A DNA stretch of 63,477 nucleotides, the filler included, from Intoshia linei (taxonomy: Eukaryota > Animalia > Orthonectida): NCBI GenBank assembly GCA_001642005.1. It is 8 parts of 8 records of this genome, joined end to end, with 100 filler letters (N's around TTAATTAATTAA, not from the genome) between each part and the next. Parts side by side here need not be neighbours in the genome. Positions count along the whole stretch, not along the records: positions 37,329 to 45,135 come from LWCA01001516.1; positions 45,236 to 52,351 come from LWCA01001593.1; positions 52,452 to 60,251 come from LWCA01001514.1; 5 more parts are not named here. The stretch is one strand, 5' to 3'. The notes under the pieces are model-generated. The model made no database searches and was not told the DNA's origin. It saw nothing but the letters and a program-made list of their open reading frames with translations. Position numbers and translations under genes: made by a program. Below are positions 41,142-54,671 of this stretch, piece after piece (within the stretch, counting starts at the first letter, position 1; each line of letters begins with the position of its first letter).

Positions 41142-41558
41142 ATAACAACGCTGTTTATACGAAACTTGAATGAAAACACTCAAGAGTTTGAAATAAAGGA
41201 ACTATTTGAAAAAAAATTAGATGACAAAAATGTAATTTCCAGAATACGAAAAATGAAGCATTACGCGTTTGTTCATTTCAAGTATAGAAATACGGCAAGC
41301 ATAATAATGGAACAATTTCAAGGTATAAATCTAAACTAAAAGTTTAAATTTAAAAAAAAATGTGATTATATATCGTATAAGGTAATGTACGACGTACACA
41401 TATAATTAAAAATGGAATATGAATATATTTCAATTATAGGTTACATTTTGGATGGAAATAAAATTGAAATACAATGGTCAAAACCTAGCAATCAGGAATA
41501 TACGCAATTGCCTTTGCCAAATATGTTATTTTATGTAAATGTACTTTTGTTGTATTGA
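41142..41558 (+). CDS. RRM exons resembling RRM3 of the hnRNP R/Q - A1CF - RBM46/47 family; upstream exons not seen
   Basis: ITTLFIRNLNENTQEFEIKELF...ISRIRKMKHYAFVHFKYRNTA..|GYILDGNKIEIQWSKP, with RNP2 LFIRNL and RNP1 YAFVHF. Confidence 0.75.
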
Positions 41559-41853
41559 ATTGTAATGTTAATAAATGTAATTCTGAATCAATGGGTTAAC
41601 ATGTAATATATTTAACTTACAGGTTAAATATATTATGAGAAAATGGGATGGCATTATAAATTACAATTTGGAATATATTAGATTAACTGTTCGTTTAAAA
41701 TTAACATTGTTAACTAATATTCTATGGAAACAATTAGAGTTTATTCACTAATATTGATTTCATTTCATTAGTGAAATTTTGATATCAGTATAAAGTTTAT
41801 AAACTTTTGAATTATAATTGTAAAACACGAAATTTTTGTAAATATTAAAATTG

Positions 41854-43380
41854 ATGCAGTATTTTTCATACTTGTCCAGAAATTGCTTGCGTGCATTATT
41901 GTACGGTAATATTAATGGAATTTCAAACAAAAAAACACCAAATAAAAAAATTAAACGAAATTTGACTCATTCAACAAATTATTCAATGAAATCAACATCA
42001 AAACCACAAAATCAATGTATAATTAAAGGCGAATGTTATGTGAAACCGACGTCCCTTCAAATTTGTTTAAATTGGAATTTTTCAATTTATCCCAGTAGAG
42101 AATCTCATGTCGATAAATTTGACATTTCACTATGCAAATCACATATTTTAGTGCGTAATATGAAACAACATAACAAGTACTTTTATGATACGAATCATGA
42201 AATGATTCATCTCAATTCTTTTAAAACTACTTCGTATTTTGATAATAATTACGTTACAAAAGTATACCCTTCATTATATAACCAAAAACCTACTTCAAGA
42301 TTTTTTTCTACTGCAGTAAATCCCAACTTGAGGTTGTGTACTGTTTCATCAGCCATTTCAAAATATAAATATTGTGTTCCCTCCCACCTTGGAGAAGATT
42401 GTCATTTTTTTTCTTCGTCACAACATTCTGATGTTATAGGTTTTTATTGAAATAATATTTTTCAGTTTCACGGGAGTGTGAGGTGTATTAATTTGGATTT
42501 AGGAGTCGCAGACGGAGTTGGCGGTTGGAAGGATTTTGGAATAAACCCGGCAATTTATCCTACAGCCTTGATGGAATCTTGTCACTATTTCGTTTCCAAG
42601 GAACAATTCAACCCGTACGACCCACTTCAACTTTTAAAATCTGCCTATTCTCACGTCAATTCGTTAGAAGATACCATAGGTATATAAATTAATTAAACTA
42701 ACATATAACCAGAAAGTGGGGAGCTGTACAGCCTGTATTGTTGTCGTAACGGATGGGATTCTAATGGCGTCAAATGTTGGAGATAGCGGTATATTTTAAC
42801 AATTTTGAATACATAAACACTCCAGGTTATTTTGTTATCAGAGACGGTAAAATAATTCAAAGATCCAAAGAACAGCAGTATAGATTCAACACACCGTATC
42901 AACTTTCTAAACCACCCATGAAAGCAGTCAAAATGATTAGCAATACGTATTAATTTCCATTATGGAATTAAAAATACTTTTAGACCCACGGATGCAGATA
43001 ATTACAAGCTGGGAATAGAATTGAATGATATTATTCTGATTGCTACAGACGGACTATTTGATAACATGTTTAATATCGAAATTCTGGAAAATCTTAAATC
43101 ATTAAATACCAATTCCGTTTCTTTTTTTCATAGTAAATTAATAAAAATTTAGACTCACCTTATGCAGCACATGCAGGACGTTGTAAATAATATTGTTAAA
43201 AAAGCTCACAGTAACGCATTTGATTCTGAATGGATGTCTCCATTCGCTGAAACTGCACACCAACATGGAATTAGCATGAAAGGTCTCGGAAATTTTTACA
43301 TATTGTATTTAAATATTTTTTTAGGTGGTAAACCAGATGACATTACCGTTGTCCTGTCTAAAGTAATTTTGAAAAAATAA
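41854..43380 (+). CDS. PPTC7: Protein phosphatase PTC7 homologue (PP2C family, mitochondrial)
   Basis: Motifs GEDCHF, GVADGVGGW, GSCTACIV, SNVGDSG, YRFNTPYQL, ATDGLFDN and GGKPDDITV across exons with short introns. Confidence 0.92.
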
Positions 43381-43417
43381 ATTGCTATTATTCAATAAAT
43401 TTGTTGATATCATGTAT

Positions 43418-44484
43418 TTAATTTTTGACATTGGATTTTAAGTCAATGTTGTATTTTTCAAAACTTTTGGGTTTTCTGCCAATATGTACTTTTGGATCGC
43501 AGTGCTAGTAAATTGTATAATTAATTAATGTTATGTATTTTAAATTACCTGGTTTAAATTATAAGAAGGTTCTGAATCGTTTACACTTTTCAGTTTTACA
43601 GGGCTTGGTTTGATTACGTTTTTTGGTACACTCACTCTTACTATATCGGGCGAATCTGTGCTATCACAAATTGGACACACACTTTTTCCTTTTTCATCAG
43701 TATTTATGGCGTATGGTATCAATCTTTCGTTAATACTATAGGTATGGATACATTCATGGTTTTGTTTAATCTTTTCAGGTTCTTGTTTCTTGGTTTCCTC
43801 AAAACATTCTAGAACATGGGTCTCGCGAAATTTTTGGAGTTTTTCCAATCGATCGTTATCTACAGATTCTACGTTAATTTGCATTTTATTTTCTAAATTG
43901 TTAGAAATCCAATCATATCCCAACAAATTTGATTCCAATTTGTTTTCCTAAATATTAATTAATCTACTGATTATCGGTTTCACATACAATGATTCAAAAT
44001 TTTCAAAAAAATCGGATGGTTTACCTATGAATCATTTAAAAAAATTTTACTAAAAATCCAGCTTTACCAACCCTTTAACGAAAAGTCTAGTTTTACCAAC
44101 CCTTTAACGAAAAGTCTAGTTTTACCAACCCTAAACAGAAAATTCTAGTTTTACCAACCCTAAAAAGAAAAATTCCACTTCTACCAACTATTACATGAAT
44201 TACATTCTAAAATACATGTTATTTTCATTTTGGGTACTGAATTAGATTGCTTTATGAAAACATAAGATTCTATTTAGTTAGATTATAATAATTGAAATTA
44301 CATTAATTTCCAATACATCTTCGTTCTTTTTCAAGTCATGATCAATATTATCTAAATACGTATTAGAATTAAGACTTGAACAAATACAAGATTTATATAA
44401 TTGTGCATTATTTTGCTTGTTCATTTGGTATTTTTGAAACAAAATACGACTTTTTTCTCTTAAAGTATTTATTCGTTTGTTCAT
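43418..44484 (-). CDS. MIIP: Migration and invasion-inhibitory protein homologue
   Basis: Ordered MIIP motifs LLGYDWI, LQKFRETHVLEC, HECIHTYSINERL, CPIC, VRVSVP and LNQ|HC. Last exon 43504-43418. Confidence 0.75.
44062..44188 (+). repeat. 29-bp minisatellite, about 4.5 copies, in a MIIP intron
   Basis: Unit TTTTACCAACCCTTTAACGAAAAGTCTAG. The ACCAA core ends at 44070, 44099, 44128, 44157 and 44187. Confidence 0.9.
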
Positions 44485-46606
44485 TCTATTTATATGAAAA
44501 TTTAACCATTTATTTGAAAATTCTTTTAGTTGAAAATTTCAAATAACTGGAAATTATAATTTTAATAATATTTTTTGTTTCTTGGATACTAATAAATGTT
44601 CATACTAATAATAAATATGCGTTTCCAAATACCTCCTTTAGATAGGTGTGCAATTTTCTCAAAATCAAAACCCTAAAACCATACATTGTACACTGCGCGA
44701 TAAAACTATAGCACATTCATATAACATGTAGTGGTTCGAAGCTATCGGTCTGATTAAACACAATATTTTAATAAATATTTAATATTACACGTAGTACATT
44801 TATATCCACATTTGTACCACCAACTTCAATCGGTTGATAATTAAGTGAACGGTTTCCCTGGATATCGGACCTTTATTATTACATAACTTCAATATTCTTT
44901 AAAAATTATGATTTATATTATATTTTATTAAAATTTATACCCTATTATTCAACTGTGTATTGTTATACTGGAAACAAAAAATTAAGACCGCTTTTTAATT
45001 TTATCTAACTTAAATATCAAATAAACTTATTAAATAATTATTAATAAATTTATTTCAATTTCAACTCGCAACAAAAGTGTGCTATTAGGTCGTTTCATAA
45101 GTAATGTCGTTTTTATTGTAACTTTATTATAAATCNNNNNNNNNNNNNNNNNNNNNNNNNNNNNNNNNNNNNNNNNNNNTTAATTAATTAANNNNNNNNN
45201 NNNNNNNNNNNNNNNNNNNNNNNNNNNNNNNNNNNATGTATGTATGCAATTAAAATTTCCTAAAACGTGCAAAGTAAAATATCCAAGATCAAATTTATAC
45301 TCCATGGTATAAAACAATGATTCTCAACTTTTTTCAGTACATGGACCCTTTAGCTATTTTATATTATTCGTGGACCCCCTATTAAAAAAATTTTAGTCGT
45401 ACACTACCTTATAAATCGATGCTTGTATTGTTTTATAAAATTTTTGACCATAGTTTTTATACAACTGTTTAAAGTACACTTCTTGTTAATCCTTCAGTTA
45501 AAATTTTGACAATATAATAAAACGAGTGCAAATTTGAATCGTAAAAGGTGTAGACCAGTGGTGGAAATTTTAGATCTAAATTTTAGACTAAAAGATCACC
45601 TTGAACCCCTTTTAATGGATTTGTGAAGGAATTTTCGGAAAAAAGTAACTATTTAATACAGTGATGTAGTACTATATAAAATAAAAACTTGATATTATAG
45701 CCACTGCAATGATTATACATATCTTTACAATTTTTAGAAAACTTTGTTGCTTGATTTGAGTTTTTAACTAATTTCGGAATGATTGATATTTTCTCTAAAT
45801 TTAAATTATTTAAATTAATAGTTGACAAGATCAAAATATCAGTATCCAAATTATTAAAAATCAAGCCGGCCGTTACCAATTTTTTGCAAATTTGATTTTT
45901 CAAATTAATTTTTAGTAAAGAAAAAAATTAATTTAAAATAATCAATTAAAATTGAGAACACCTCACTGACTCAAACCAGCATGGTGCTCATGGGACACTG
46001 GCACAATGGTATATAAAATCATAACAATCGAAATTAAATTTGGATATATTTTTACAGTTATTTTTCGGATTTAAAAATATTTTTATACTGACGAGTCACT
46101 TCTCGCCTAGTATTTGATTATTATACTAAGCACATTGTTTAAGTTTGATTAAAATCTGAAATAAATAAAAACCTTTTACTTTTTTTGAAACATTTGAAAA
46201 TTTATTTTCATTGGGATTCTCCATCGCATTTAATAAATCATCAATTGGGTCTAATTGACATTCCGTATCCATATATTATGTCAATTTGTAAATGGAACAA
46301 TTCAACCAACTTAAGTTAAAATCAAATAAAATTAAAAACGATAAATAAACTTTAAAATTTAAATTTCTGTCAAAAACTTATAGTTTATTTATGTTTTAAT
46401 AGTTATGTTTATGTAAATTAATACATTGTACATTAAAATTTGAAATTTCAATAAATTTTCAGAATTAAAGATTTATCTCTAAGAAAGGTTACACTGAGTA
46501 AGAATGACTAAATAACCCTTCCACGTTAAAATTTAACATGTAAATAAAAATATTTTCATAGCAATGTCTAAATTTATCAAAATAAATTTAACATTTTTTT
46601 TATATT

Positions 46607-47478
46607 ATGAAATCTAGGCAAGCACTAATGTAATTTTTTTAATTTGAATTTGCTCATATAACATTTTTTTATTATTTTTATTTTAAAATTATTATTAATA
46701 TTTTTAAACTATTTTAAACACTATATTCTTAGTAAACTATCTCATTTAATTCAAAGCGTTTCACCAATTTTGTTGGTATTTTACATGTTTCAAGAAAATG
46801 TTGGATATTGCTGTACAATTAAAGGAGAATCTATGCAGGTTTAATATTTTTTAGTATTTTTTTCGACTTTTTCAGAGCTTATTTTACTATTTATTTTTAT
46901 TTTTATGAAATTTTTCATTTTTCATTTAGCCAACCTTCAATAATGACAAAAAATTTACATTAGCTTTTTTGAATAAATGGAAATTGAAAAATTTTGATAT
47001 ATCGGTAGGTGATATCGTAGCTTTCCGGTAATTTTTAACTAAACCTAAACTAACTAAACTGGTGACCATTTATCATTAATCATAATCCTCTCGACCTTCA
47101 GATAGCGTTACTAAAATTTTAAATTTAATTCTTTATGGAACCATTTTTTTAGATCTCCATTAGAACCAAATAAACTGTGCGTGAAACGTGTTATTGCCAC
47201 ACAAGGTGAAAGATTTATGTAAGAATGAAATGAAACAATTTCAAATAATTTAGTCGAAAATTTGACGACAATTACGATATAATCGCACCGATCAAGGGAT
47301 CTTGCTGGGTAGAAGGAGACAATCCATCAAAAAGCCTAGATAGTCGCAAATATGGAACAGTAATTCAAAATTTAACCTTAAAAGTTATTAATTTTGAATT
47401 TTATTTTAGATTCCTTATGGTTTAATAATTGGAAAAATTAATTTAACAATCTACCCAAAATTGGAATGGATAAAATAA
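46607..47478 (+). CDS. Mitochondrial inner membrane peptidase (S26), probably IMP2/IMMP2L
   Basis: IKGESMQ|PTFN..VGDIVAFR|SPLEPNKLCVKRVIATQGE..CWVEGDNPSKSLDSRKYGT|IPYGLIIGK, containing the catalytic Ser and Lys motifs. Confidence 0.9.
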
Positions 47479-47749
47479 ATTAATAAAAAATTTATCTCAA
47501 AAGTTTCGATTGTTCCATTTCAAAATTTTCATGTTCGAATAACACATTTTCGTTGACAAGATTAACTAATTGTACTCTTTCCAAAAAAAATAGGTCGAAA
47601 CATACTTGGAAACTGTTAATAAATATCAGTTTAAATGTTAAAATAATGCATTAAACAAGACGAAAATGCAATTTGAAATTTACAATTGGATTATTGCTAC
47701 AATCTTTTAAACAATTTAAAATGAAATTCAATTTATAAGTTTTAATTGA

Positions 47750-50700
47750 ATGGACGAAAGAGTGCATATATTTTTTGTGGATATTGGAAGGCTTTTTGAT
47801 TTTGACGCGACTTTTTATGAGAAAAAGTTTTTTATTTTTAATTTGATGTATATTGACTTATGTATATTTTTAAACTTAGGTTTTTGTATTTGTGTGATGA
47901 AATTTATCAAGCTACAGAAGTTTTACCTGAACACCAAGTTATTTTGGTTAGCGGTGGCAGTACAATATGTATGGATAAAAAGGTCAAAACTTTTAATGCT
48001 GGAACGGTTTTGATCTTATTTAAATAATTACTTTTTAATTTAGTGTTCAAATCCTTTTTTTCTGTTTAGTAAAATTAATTGTAAATATCGAGATATTGTT
48101 TTTGAGGAACTTTGCGATGAGTGTATTTTTTAAATTTTTATTTATAAATTATAATGTAAATATATTTTATGTGCATGAAGCACATATAAGCCATAAGCAT
48201 ATAAACCAAGCTAGTGTACATTCAATTTAATTTACATTTAAATTTTTTAGTTTAAATTTTATTGTCTTTAGATAAATTTTTGAAAAATGAGCACAAGTTG
48301 GTATTATCTATGGAAGTTTCATTGGATTGTATCAAATCACGTACCAATTTGGCAAAGGTTTATTTTTCTCGTTAGTTTGTTTTAATATTTTGTTAGAGTT
48401 GTTATCGCCTTAGTAAAAAATATTTTGATCGATTAACTAAGGATATTAAAGCGCAACATTTTCAAAATCAAGGCTGGAACACGGCAATTTCTAACATTAC
48501 TGCTGTATCAGAGTAATTTTTAATTAATTCAATTGATTTAATTAATATCTCGATTACGTGATGGTTTTTTTAAATTGGTGATTTGGGTGGAGCGAATTTT
48601 TTATGATTCAATGTGTAAACAAACATTTGATGGAATAACTATTACTGTCTTGTCTTGATTATAAGAAGTCTAATATTCGAGAATAGAAGGAAAAATGTTT
48701 ATAATCAAAAACAAGTAAACTTTTAAGCAGACCTTAAAAATATAAAAACAAACATATTGTATATGGTGAAAGCAAACTTCTAAATTAGACATTATATTAG
48801 TGCGACCATATTTAATTCGTACTATTTTTTGTTATTAGTAACCATAATAGTATCTCAATAAATGATAGAATCTGTAGTGAAAATAAAGATATTTAATGAA
48901 TAAAATACAAATGTTTCTGATTACGATAATAAATGTATACAATAAGGTTTATATTGATATTAACGACAATTATGTTGAGTTAATAACAATATTTACAATG
49001 GTAACTGTTTTGGTTAAAGTTTAGTATAATGATGTTATCATTACAGAATCTATCATATTATTAATAAATAATTGTTGATAATATTTAATTATATTTACAG
49101 TTTTCATTAAAATTATATCTATTTTTTGGCATTGTCAATTCAAAATATAAAAAATTTCATCTTCATATTAAACTTTGTTTGATATAATTCAGTGAAATTT
49201 TCACTGAAGAATATTATTGGTATTTGTCACGTTTTTAATTAGTACGAAATGGAGTACGAAATCATGTTATTTTCATATAAATTCGTACTTATTTATGGTC
49301 GCACTAATTATATTGTATGAAGGAAGTTATTTTTTAAAAATAAATTGATATGTTGTTTATTTTTTCGAATACAAGCAGAAATTGCTTTTCAGTTTTTTGA
49401 AAATTGGTATTTCAGGGGTCTACTTATAATCGAGAAAAGACAGTAATATTAAATTTGTAGTACAAATTTTAAAATTTATTCGTTAATATAATTTATTTAC
49501 ATATTACAATTACAATTACATTTAATTTAATTAATTTAATATTAACTTAAATGTATTATAAATTAGTTTGACTTTTATGTACTTTGTACAAACAGCATAC
49601 TACCTCTGTCGAGGCCGACTTTTTTAATTATACCAAAAATAAATCCATACTTATATAATATGCTTTGCATGTGTGTGTTATCGTTTATTTCAATAAATAC
49701 CAGCCTTAGAATTTTATAAAATCCACATTTCTATTACAGTTTTATCTGGGGAAGTATATGGGGAAGGAAATATATGAAGATTTTAAAAACAATTTTGGGA
49801 AGAAAATTTCCTAGTTTTTTAAGGGAATATTAATTAAATGTTTGAATGAAAATCTTTAAAAAATGGTAATAAAAATTATTTTCTTCAAAACCTAACCAAT
49901 TTAGATCCTAAAATTATGAAAATAAGATAATAAAAATTATAATGAATATGAATAAATAAACCCACTAAAATTTCGTGAAAAAATCAATGATATAATAAAT
50001 TAGTAAAATAGATGGTTATGTCGCTCAAATGAATGTCGCTCCAGAGAATAGATGTCGGTATAAATGTATAAGTAAATTTTTTAATTTAACCTTTACGAGA
50101 CAATAACACGTATACATGCAAAAAAATCAACTGATAAATTTAAATTGTTTGCATACAAACAAAAATAAGGCGGTACATGTGTCAATTGTGAACAAATTAT
50201 TACTCATGAAATATGAGTACAAAATTAATTTTATTACCAATGTTTACAGTGTCAACAATAAAATATTAGTTTATGAAGAGTTACACAGTGTGTCAATTTA
50301 TTAGGCAGATCACTAAAATTGATCTAATAAACTTTAGGAATGATGAAAACTTAATTTTTTTTTGTAATTAGTGGCTTTTAATTGATGTTAATATTATTCA
50401 TTTAATAAACCAAATTTAATTTGTAAAAAACTTTTTATTCACATATTATTGTTTATTTAGTCAAATTAGTGTGTCAATTTGTTAGGCAAATTTGAAATGA
50501 GACAAAAAAAGTCAAATAACAGACTTATAGCCAGAGGAAAGACAACTCTTCAAATATCCAAAGTTCTAAAACGCGACCATAGAATAATTAAAAAATGGGC
50601 TCATTACCCATCAAAAAAAAAAGATAGGTCAAAATGTGGAAAAAATGTAGCGACACCGCGAGAATTATCTTGATTAAGGCGGGAAATATCTACCACACCA

Positions 50701-51435
50701 TTTGCCACTAGTTCCAAATTATTTACAACTTGTAACATTACCAATGGCTAGAGAAGTACTAGACGTTGTAGGGTATTGAAAACCATTACTTTTGTAACTG
50801 AAGAACTCTAGAATCAATTTATTGGAAATGTGTAGACGTTCAATGCCTCTTTAAATTAAACTAAATTTGAATTTTTAAAATGATGCGTTTCCGCAAATTT
50901 TTATGTAAAAATTGGATTTTCCAAAAAAATATTGGTAAAAGGGGATTATTTCCTTAAGGGTTGGTAAAATTGAGTTTTTTCTTTTGGGATCTGATAGAGG
51001 GATTTTTTTTAAGTGTTGGTAAAATTTTGGTTTTTTCATTTATTTGACTAAATTAAATAAATTATGTTAAAAATTTATAATCACTTCTATTCACTATCAT
51101 CTAAAATTTTAGTATTCATCCCCTCATAAAAATATTCACTTCTTGAGGGTGCACAGTCACCCCCATAAGAAGCACTGTTTTAAATAAACGATAAATTTCA
51201 TTGGTCCCATCTGAAAATGTTAAAATAAAAATGCGTGTACAAATATATACCTGAAAACATTCGCCTTTGCAGAACTAGTGACTCTCTGTACGAAGTACAG
51301 AACAAAAAAGCTAAGTGTAGTTATTAAGGGCTTATTATTTTATTTTAGAGCTTTCAAAAAAAGATCTCAAATATTTATATCAAATTTTGAAAAATTTTTG
51401 AGAAACGCCGAAAAAAATTCAATGATCTTATTTAA
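47750..51435 (+). CDS. RB1CC1: RB1CC1/FIP200 (Atg17/Atg11-like), N-terminal exons only
   Basis: VHIFFVDIGRLFDFD..PEHQVILVSGG..KVKTFNAGT|CSNPFFLFSK..KSRTNLAK|..QHFQNQGWNTAISNI matches FIP200 YVFLVNTG..QHQVLVVNGG..YSAGTDTNPIFLFNK..SRTQLA..HLQHQGWAAIMANL. A further in-phase exon lies at 51349-51435. Confidence 0.85.
48797..49307. mobile_element. Tc1/mariner-type MITE in an RB1CC1 intron
   Basis: TIRs TTAGTGCGACCATA / TATGGTCGCACTAA. The subterminal TTCGTACT motif is repeated. Confidence 0.7.
50284..50790 (+). mobile_element. Tc1-like element, 5' part, with decayed transposase HTH
   Basis: End motif GTGTGTCAATTTATTAGGCA is repeated at ~50469. Translation GKTTLQISKVLKRDHRIIKKW...TPRELS*LRREI. 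Confidence 0.7.
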
Positions 51436-51943
51436 GTAATTTTAATAATTTATATAAATTAGAGTAGTGGTTCTCCACGTGGGCCTTAACGTCCCTCAAG
51501 GGCGTTTTAAAATTTTAGAGGTGCTAAAACCAATTTTATTTAAAATGTCAAATATATTATTTTTGATATTGTTGACAAAAAAATTTTTGTCCTCATGTAT
51601 TTTTTAATATGGGGATGTGAGCTTTCAAAATATATTTATCCACTGATATATTCTGAAAAGTCAAGGATATTATTGTGTTTTTTAACATTTTACATGATTG
51701 AAAGTGGTTTAGTTCTGTTAACAAAATATTGAATAAAGATTGAAACAAAATGAATAAATATTAAAGAGGAGATATCTTTATCAAATTAACCAGCATAAAA
51801 CCAACAATTAAGGAATTCGCACTTAATCACCTGGCGCAAGGATCACATGAAAATAAATACACATTATTTATTTTTTTTTTATTATTACTGATTTTATAAA
51901 AATTATAGTTCAAAATTGCGTTGATTTAGAAATTTATGAACTA

Positions 51944-52351
51944 CAGTGCGCGCAATAAACATAGGTACAACCGATTTATATTATTTTTTGGTATATTAAC
52001 ATTAATTTTCGTGAATATTTTATCTTTATTAAAAAAGGTATTAAAAAGTACGCTTGTTGGATACCATTATTTTTCTTTTGGCACCTTTATATGAAAATTT
52101 ATCAGACAAATCGCTAATTAGCCGCGCAATAAACATAAGACACTACAAATTAAAATCACTTTTTTTATACGATAATCAAATTTAAAAGTGTAATTAAAAT
52201 TTTTGTAATGTTTAGATATATAGTATCTTCTCAATAATATATAATTTATTTATGTACATTTTACCAATGGGCAGAGGTAAACCTTTAACTAATTTTAAAA
52301 AGGGTCAAATTATGGCATTAAAAACTGAAAATAAATCACACAAATACATTG
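51944..52351 (+). mobile_element. Tc1/Tc3-like element left end and transposase start, running into a gap
   Basis: TA^CAGTGCGCGCAATAAACATAG with an internal repeat at ~52124. ORF start MGRGKPLTNFKKGQIMALKTENKS. Confidence 0.75.
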
Positions 52352-52451
52352 NNNNNNNNNNNNNNNNNNNNNNNNNNNNNNNNNNNNNNNNNNNNTTAAT
52401 TAATTAANNNNNNNNNNNNNNNNNNNNNNNNNNNNNNNNNNNNNNNNNNNN

Positions 52452-52790
52452 TAGTACTGAAAAAATTAAAGGAACATGGATTTACGGTTAAACCGAGTAA
52501 GTGTATTATAGGTTCAGATCAAATCGGAATATTGGGTTTTGTTGTTGGCAAGGATGGTTTAAGAATTAACCCTGGAAAATTATAATCCATAACTGCATTA
52601 AAGCCTCCTAAAAATATCAAACAGTTGCGTAGTTTATTAGGGATGTTTAATTATCAACGTTGTTTTATTCAGAATTACTCAAATATTATTGAACTTATAC
52701 GTATAGTTTGAAAAAGAGCGTAATATTTAATTGGTCTTCTCCAGCACAAAATACATTTGAATTGATAAAAACAAAAATTACTACTGTAAT
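52452..52790 (+). pseudogene. Ty3/Gypsy reverse transcriptase C-terminal fragment
   Basis: VLKKLKEHGFTVKPSKC...ILGFVVGKDGLRINPGKL*SI..LKPPKNIKQLRSLLGMFNYQRCFIQNYS, with stops. Confidence 0.85.
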
Positions 52791-54133
52791 ATATATTAAA
52801 TTATTGTTATTGTAAAGGCTCTTTAAATTATCCTCCTACAACAAACATTTCAGTAATCATTACAGTGAATACTAAGTAAATACATGTGAATGTTTATAAT
52901 GAATTATAATAGTTATTGAAATAAGTGGGTAGAGGGAAGCTATTCTAGATTTTTTTAATATCGCTCAATAAAATAAAATTTATAAAATGTTAATTCTAGT
53001 TACTGAAATTTAAAAAATTATTTACATTTAATATTTTTTATTTATAAATTTATCAGATTTTTGAAAATATAGGAATATTTTGGTTTGCTTTTATTTATTT
53101 GAGATAATCTTGTAAATAAATAAGAAAACATTTTAAGAGTAAAATTGTAGTTAACTGAATTTTTGGTTTGTCAAAATTTTGAAATTCCGTTAAATAGGAC
53201 TTAGACTGTATATATAGAAAACTTTAAATGGTCAGGGTAACTTCATCGTTAGGAGTTGGCCGAAAATATTTTACAATAGTTATTATTTCAGTAATACTAT
53301 AATTTTAAGCCCTAAGGATATTTTTTCTAAATACCCATGAGACATCTTAATGTGCATGTAACAAAAGGCCTTAAGTCACATGATCAATTGTTCATGTAAT
53401 GACATCATGTCATTGATATGTAATGTGATGCGTCGTCTATATTGTTTTAATAAATTAAAACCTTTTTCAGTTATCTTACTAAACATAATTAAAAATTTAG
53501 GGGGTGCAACTGCACCTCTTGAATCCGCCCTGAGCAGTGCCAAGTGGAAAAAGGTTAAAAATCCATGCACTAGGGTGTCCACGTTTTGTATTAGAAAGAC
53601 CTATTTTGCCAGTGGGTGTATTTTTTGACTTTAAGCATTTATCAAATAAAAAAATTGAAATCGGTTAATATTTATCCCCTCAAATGTAATTATTGAAATT
53701 CATATAAAATTGTTAAGATAAATATGAAGTGTAACATTATTATATTTATAATTATCTTTTGTTTGGTTGCTATGGTTGTAATTCCTTTGATAGGTTCACC
53801 ATGTTTTGTGGACCATTTTGACTTTCATTCAAACTTTTTTCGCCTTGCCCGCATTTACAAAATATAATTTCTCATGAACTCGAATATTATTTATCAAACC
53901 AGGGTTAACTTAGTAGACCCTGATCTAAACGTTATTTTCACATTCAGAAATATATTCAAAATAAATTATGCATAAAACAAGTGGATACGAACTTTTAAAT
54001 TTCTTGTATTTTAAATCGTTAACATTCAAGAATTTTATTTTGATTTTGTTTAATGATTTCACTGAATCGATCCAGAATAATTCAATAACTTAACATACCA
54101 GACAACACAACAAATAGGTTCATTATCTGTAAC

Positions 54134-54671
54134 ATGGACAAAATCATTTGCGAAACAAACCTTGGAAGAATAACTTTAAAAGGCCGACCATGCGAATTGT
54201 CTGGTCATTCTTATGTAGCAATTAAAAATTTATACAAAAACTACAATTTCTTCAACAGTAGCGTAATTTTTTTATTATAAAAACTATATTTACCCATATA
54301 TTGTATTAATAGAAACAAATCAATGAAAAGCCTATTTTAACTTATGACAAATTGGTTAACCATAAATATGGATTTGAAGGAAGAATACATAGAGATGATA
54401 GAGTACATGCCAAACTAATGGGATTGAAAATTTATGAAGAAGAGTCGAGTAAACCAGTAGGTTCAAGGTCCTCGTCAGTTTATGGAAACTTTATATCACA
54501 AAAAATATTGACCGATTCGGAAAGTTTAAGAAAAGAACAAGTCTATAATGAAATTTGTGAAGCGGAACGTCGAGAAAACGTGAGAGTAATGCGAATCAGA
54601 GTAATTTATTAAACTTTGTAAAAATTAATAAAATTTAGGACGAATTTTATCGTAGAAATGGATTAAAATAG
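54134..54671 (+). CDS. CFAP90: Cilia/flagella-associated protein CFAP90 (C5orf49-like)
   Basis: YDKLVNHKYGFEGRIHRDDRVHAKLMGLKIYEEESSKPVGSRSSSVYG...|DEFYRRNG matches the C5orf49 motifs LHRDDREHAK, SSVYG and DFYRKN. Confidence 0.85.

Noticed and set aside
44062-44188. Regularly spaced repeats as a possible CRISPR array
   Set aside because: Units are contiguous with no unique spacers, lie in a eukaryotic intron, and no cas genes are present.
45649-46272. Possible small minus-strand gene (MDTECQLDPIDDLL...)
   Set aside because: I could not build a consistent in-frame splice model or recognise a family.
54134-54262. MDKIICETNLGRITLK as a cyclophilin N-terminus
   Set aside because: It splices in frame into the CFAP90-like exon and no cyclophilin core follows.
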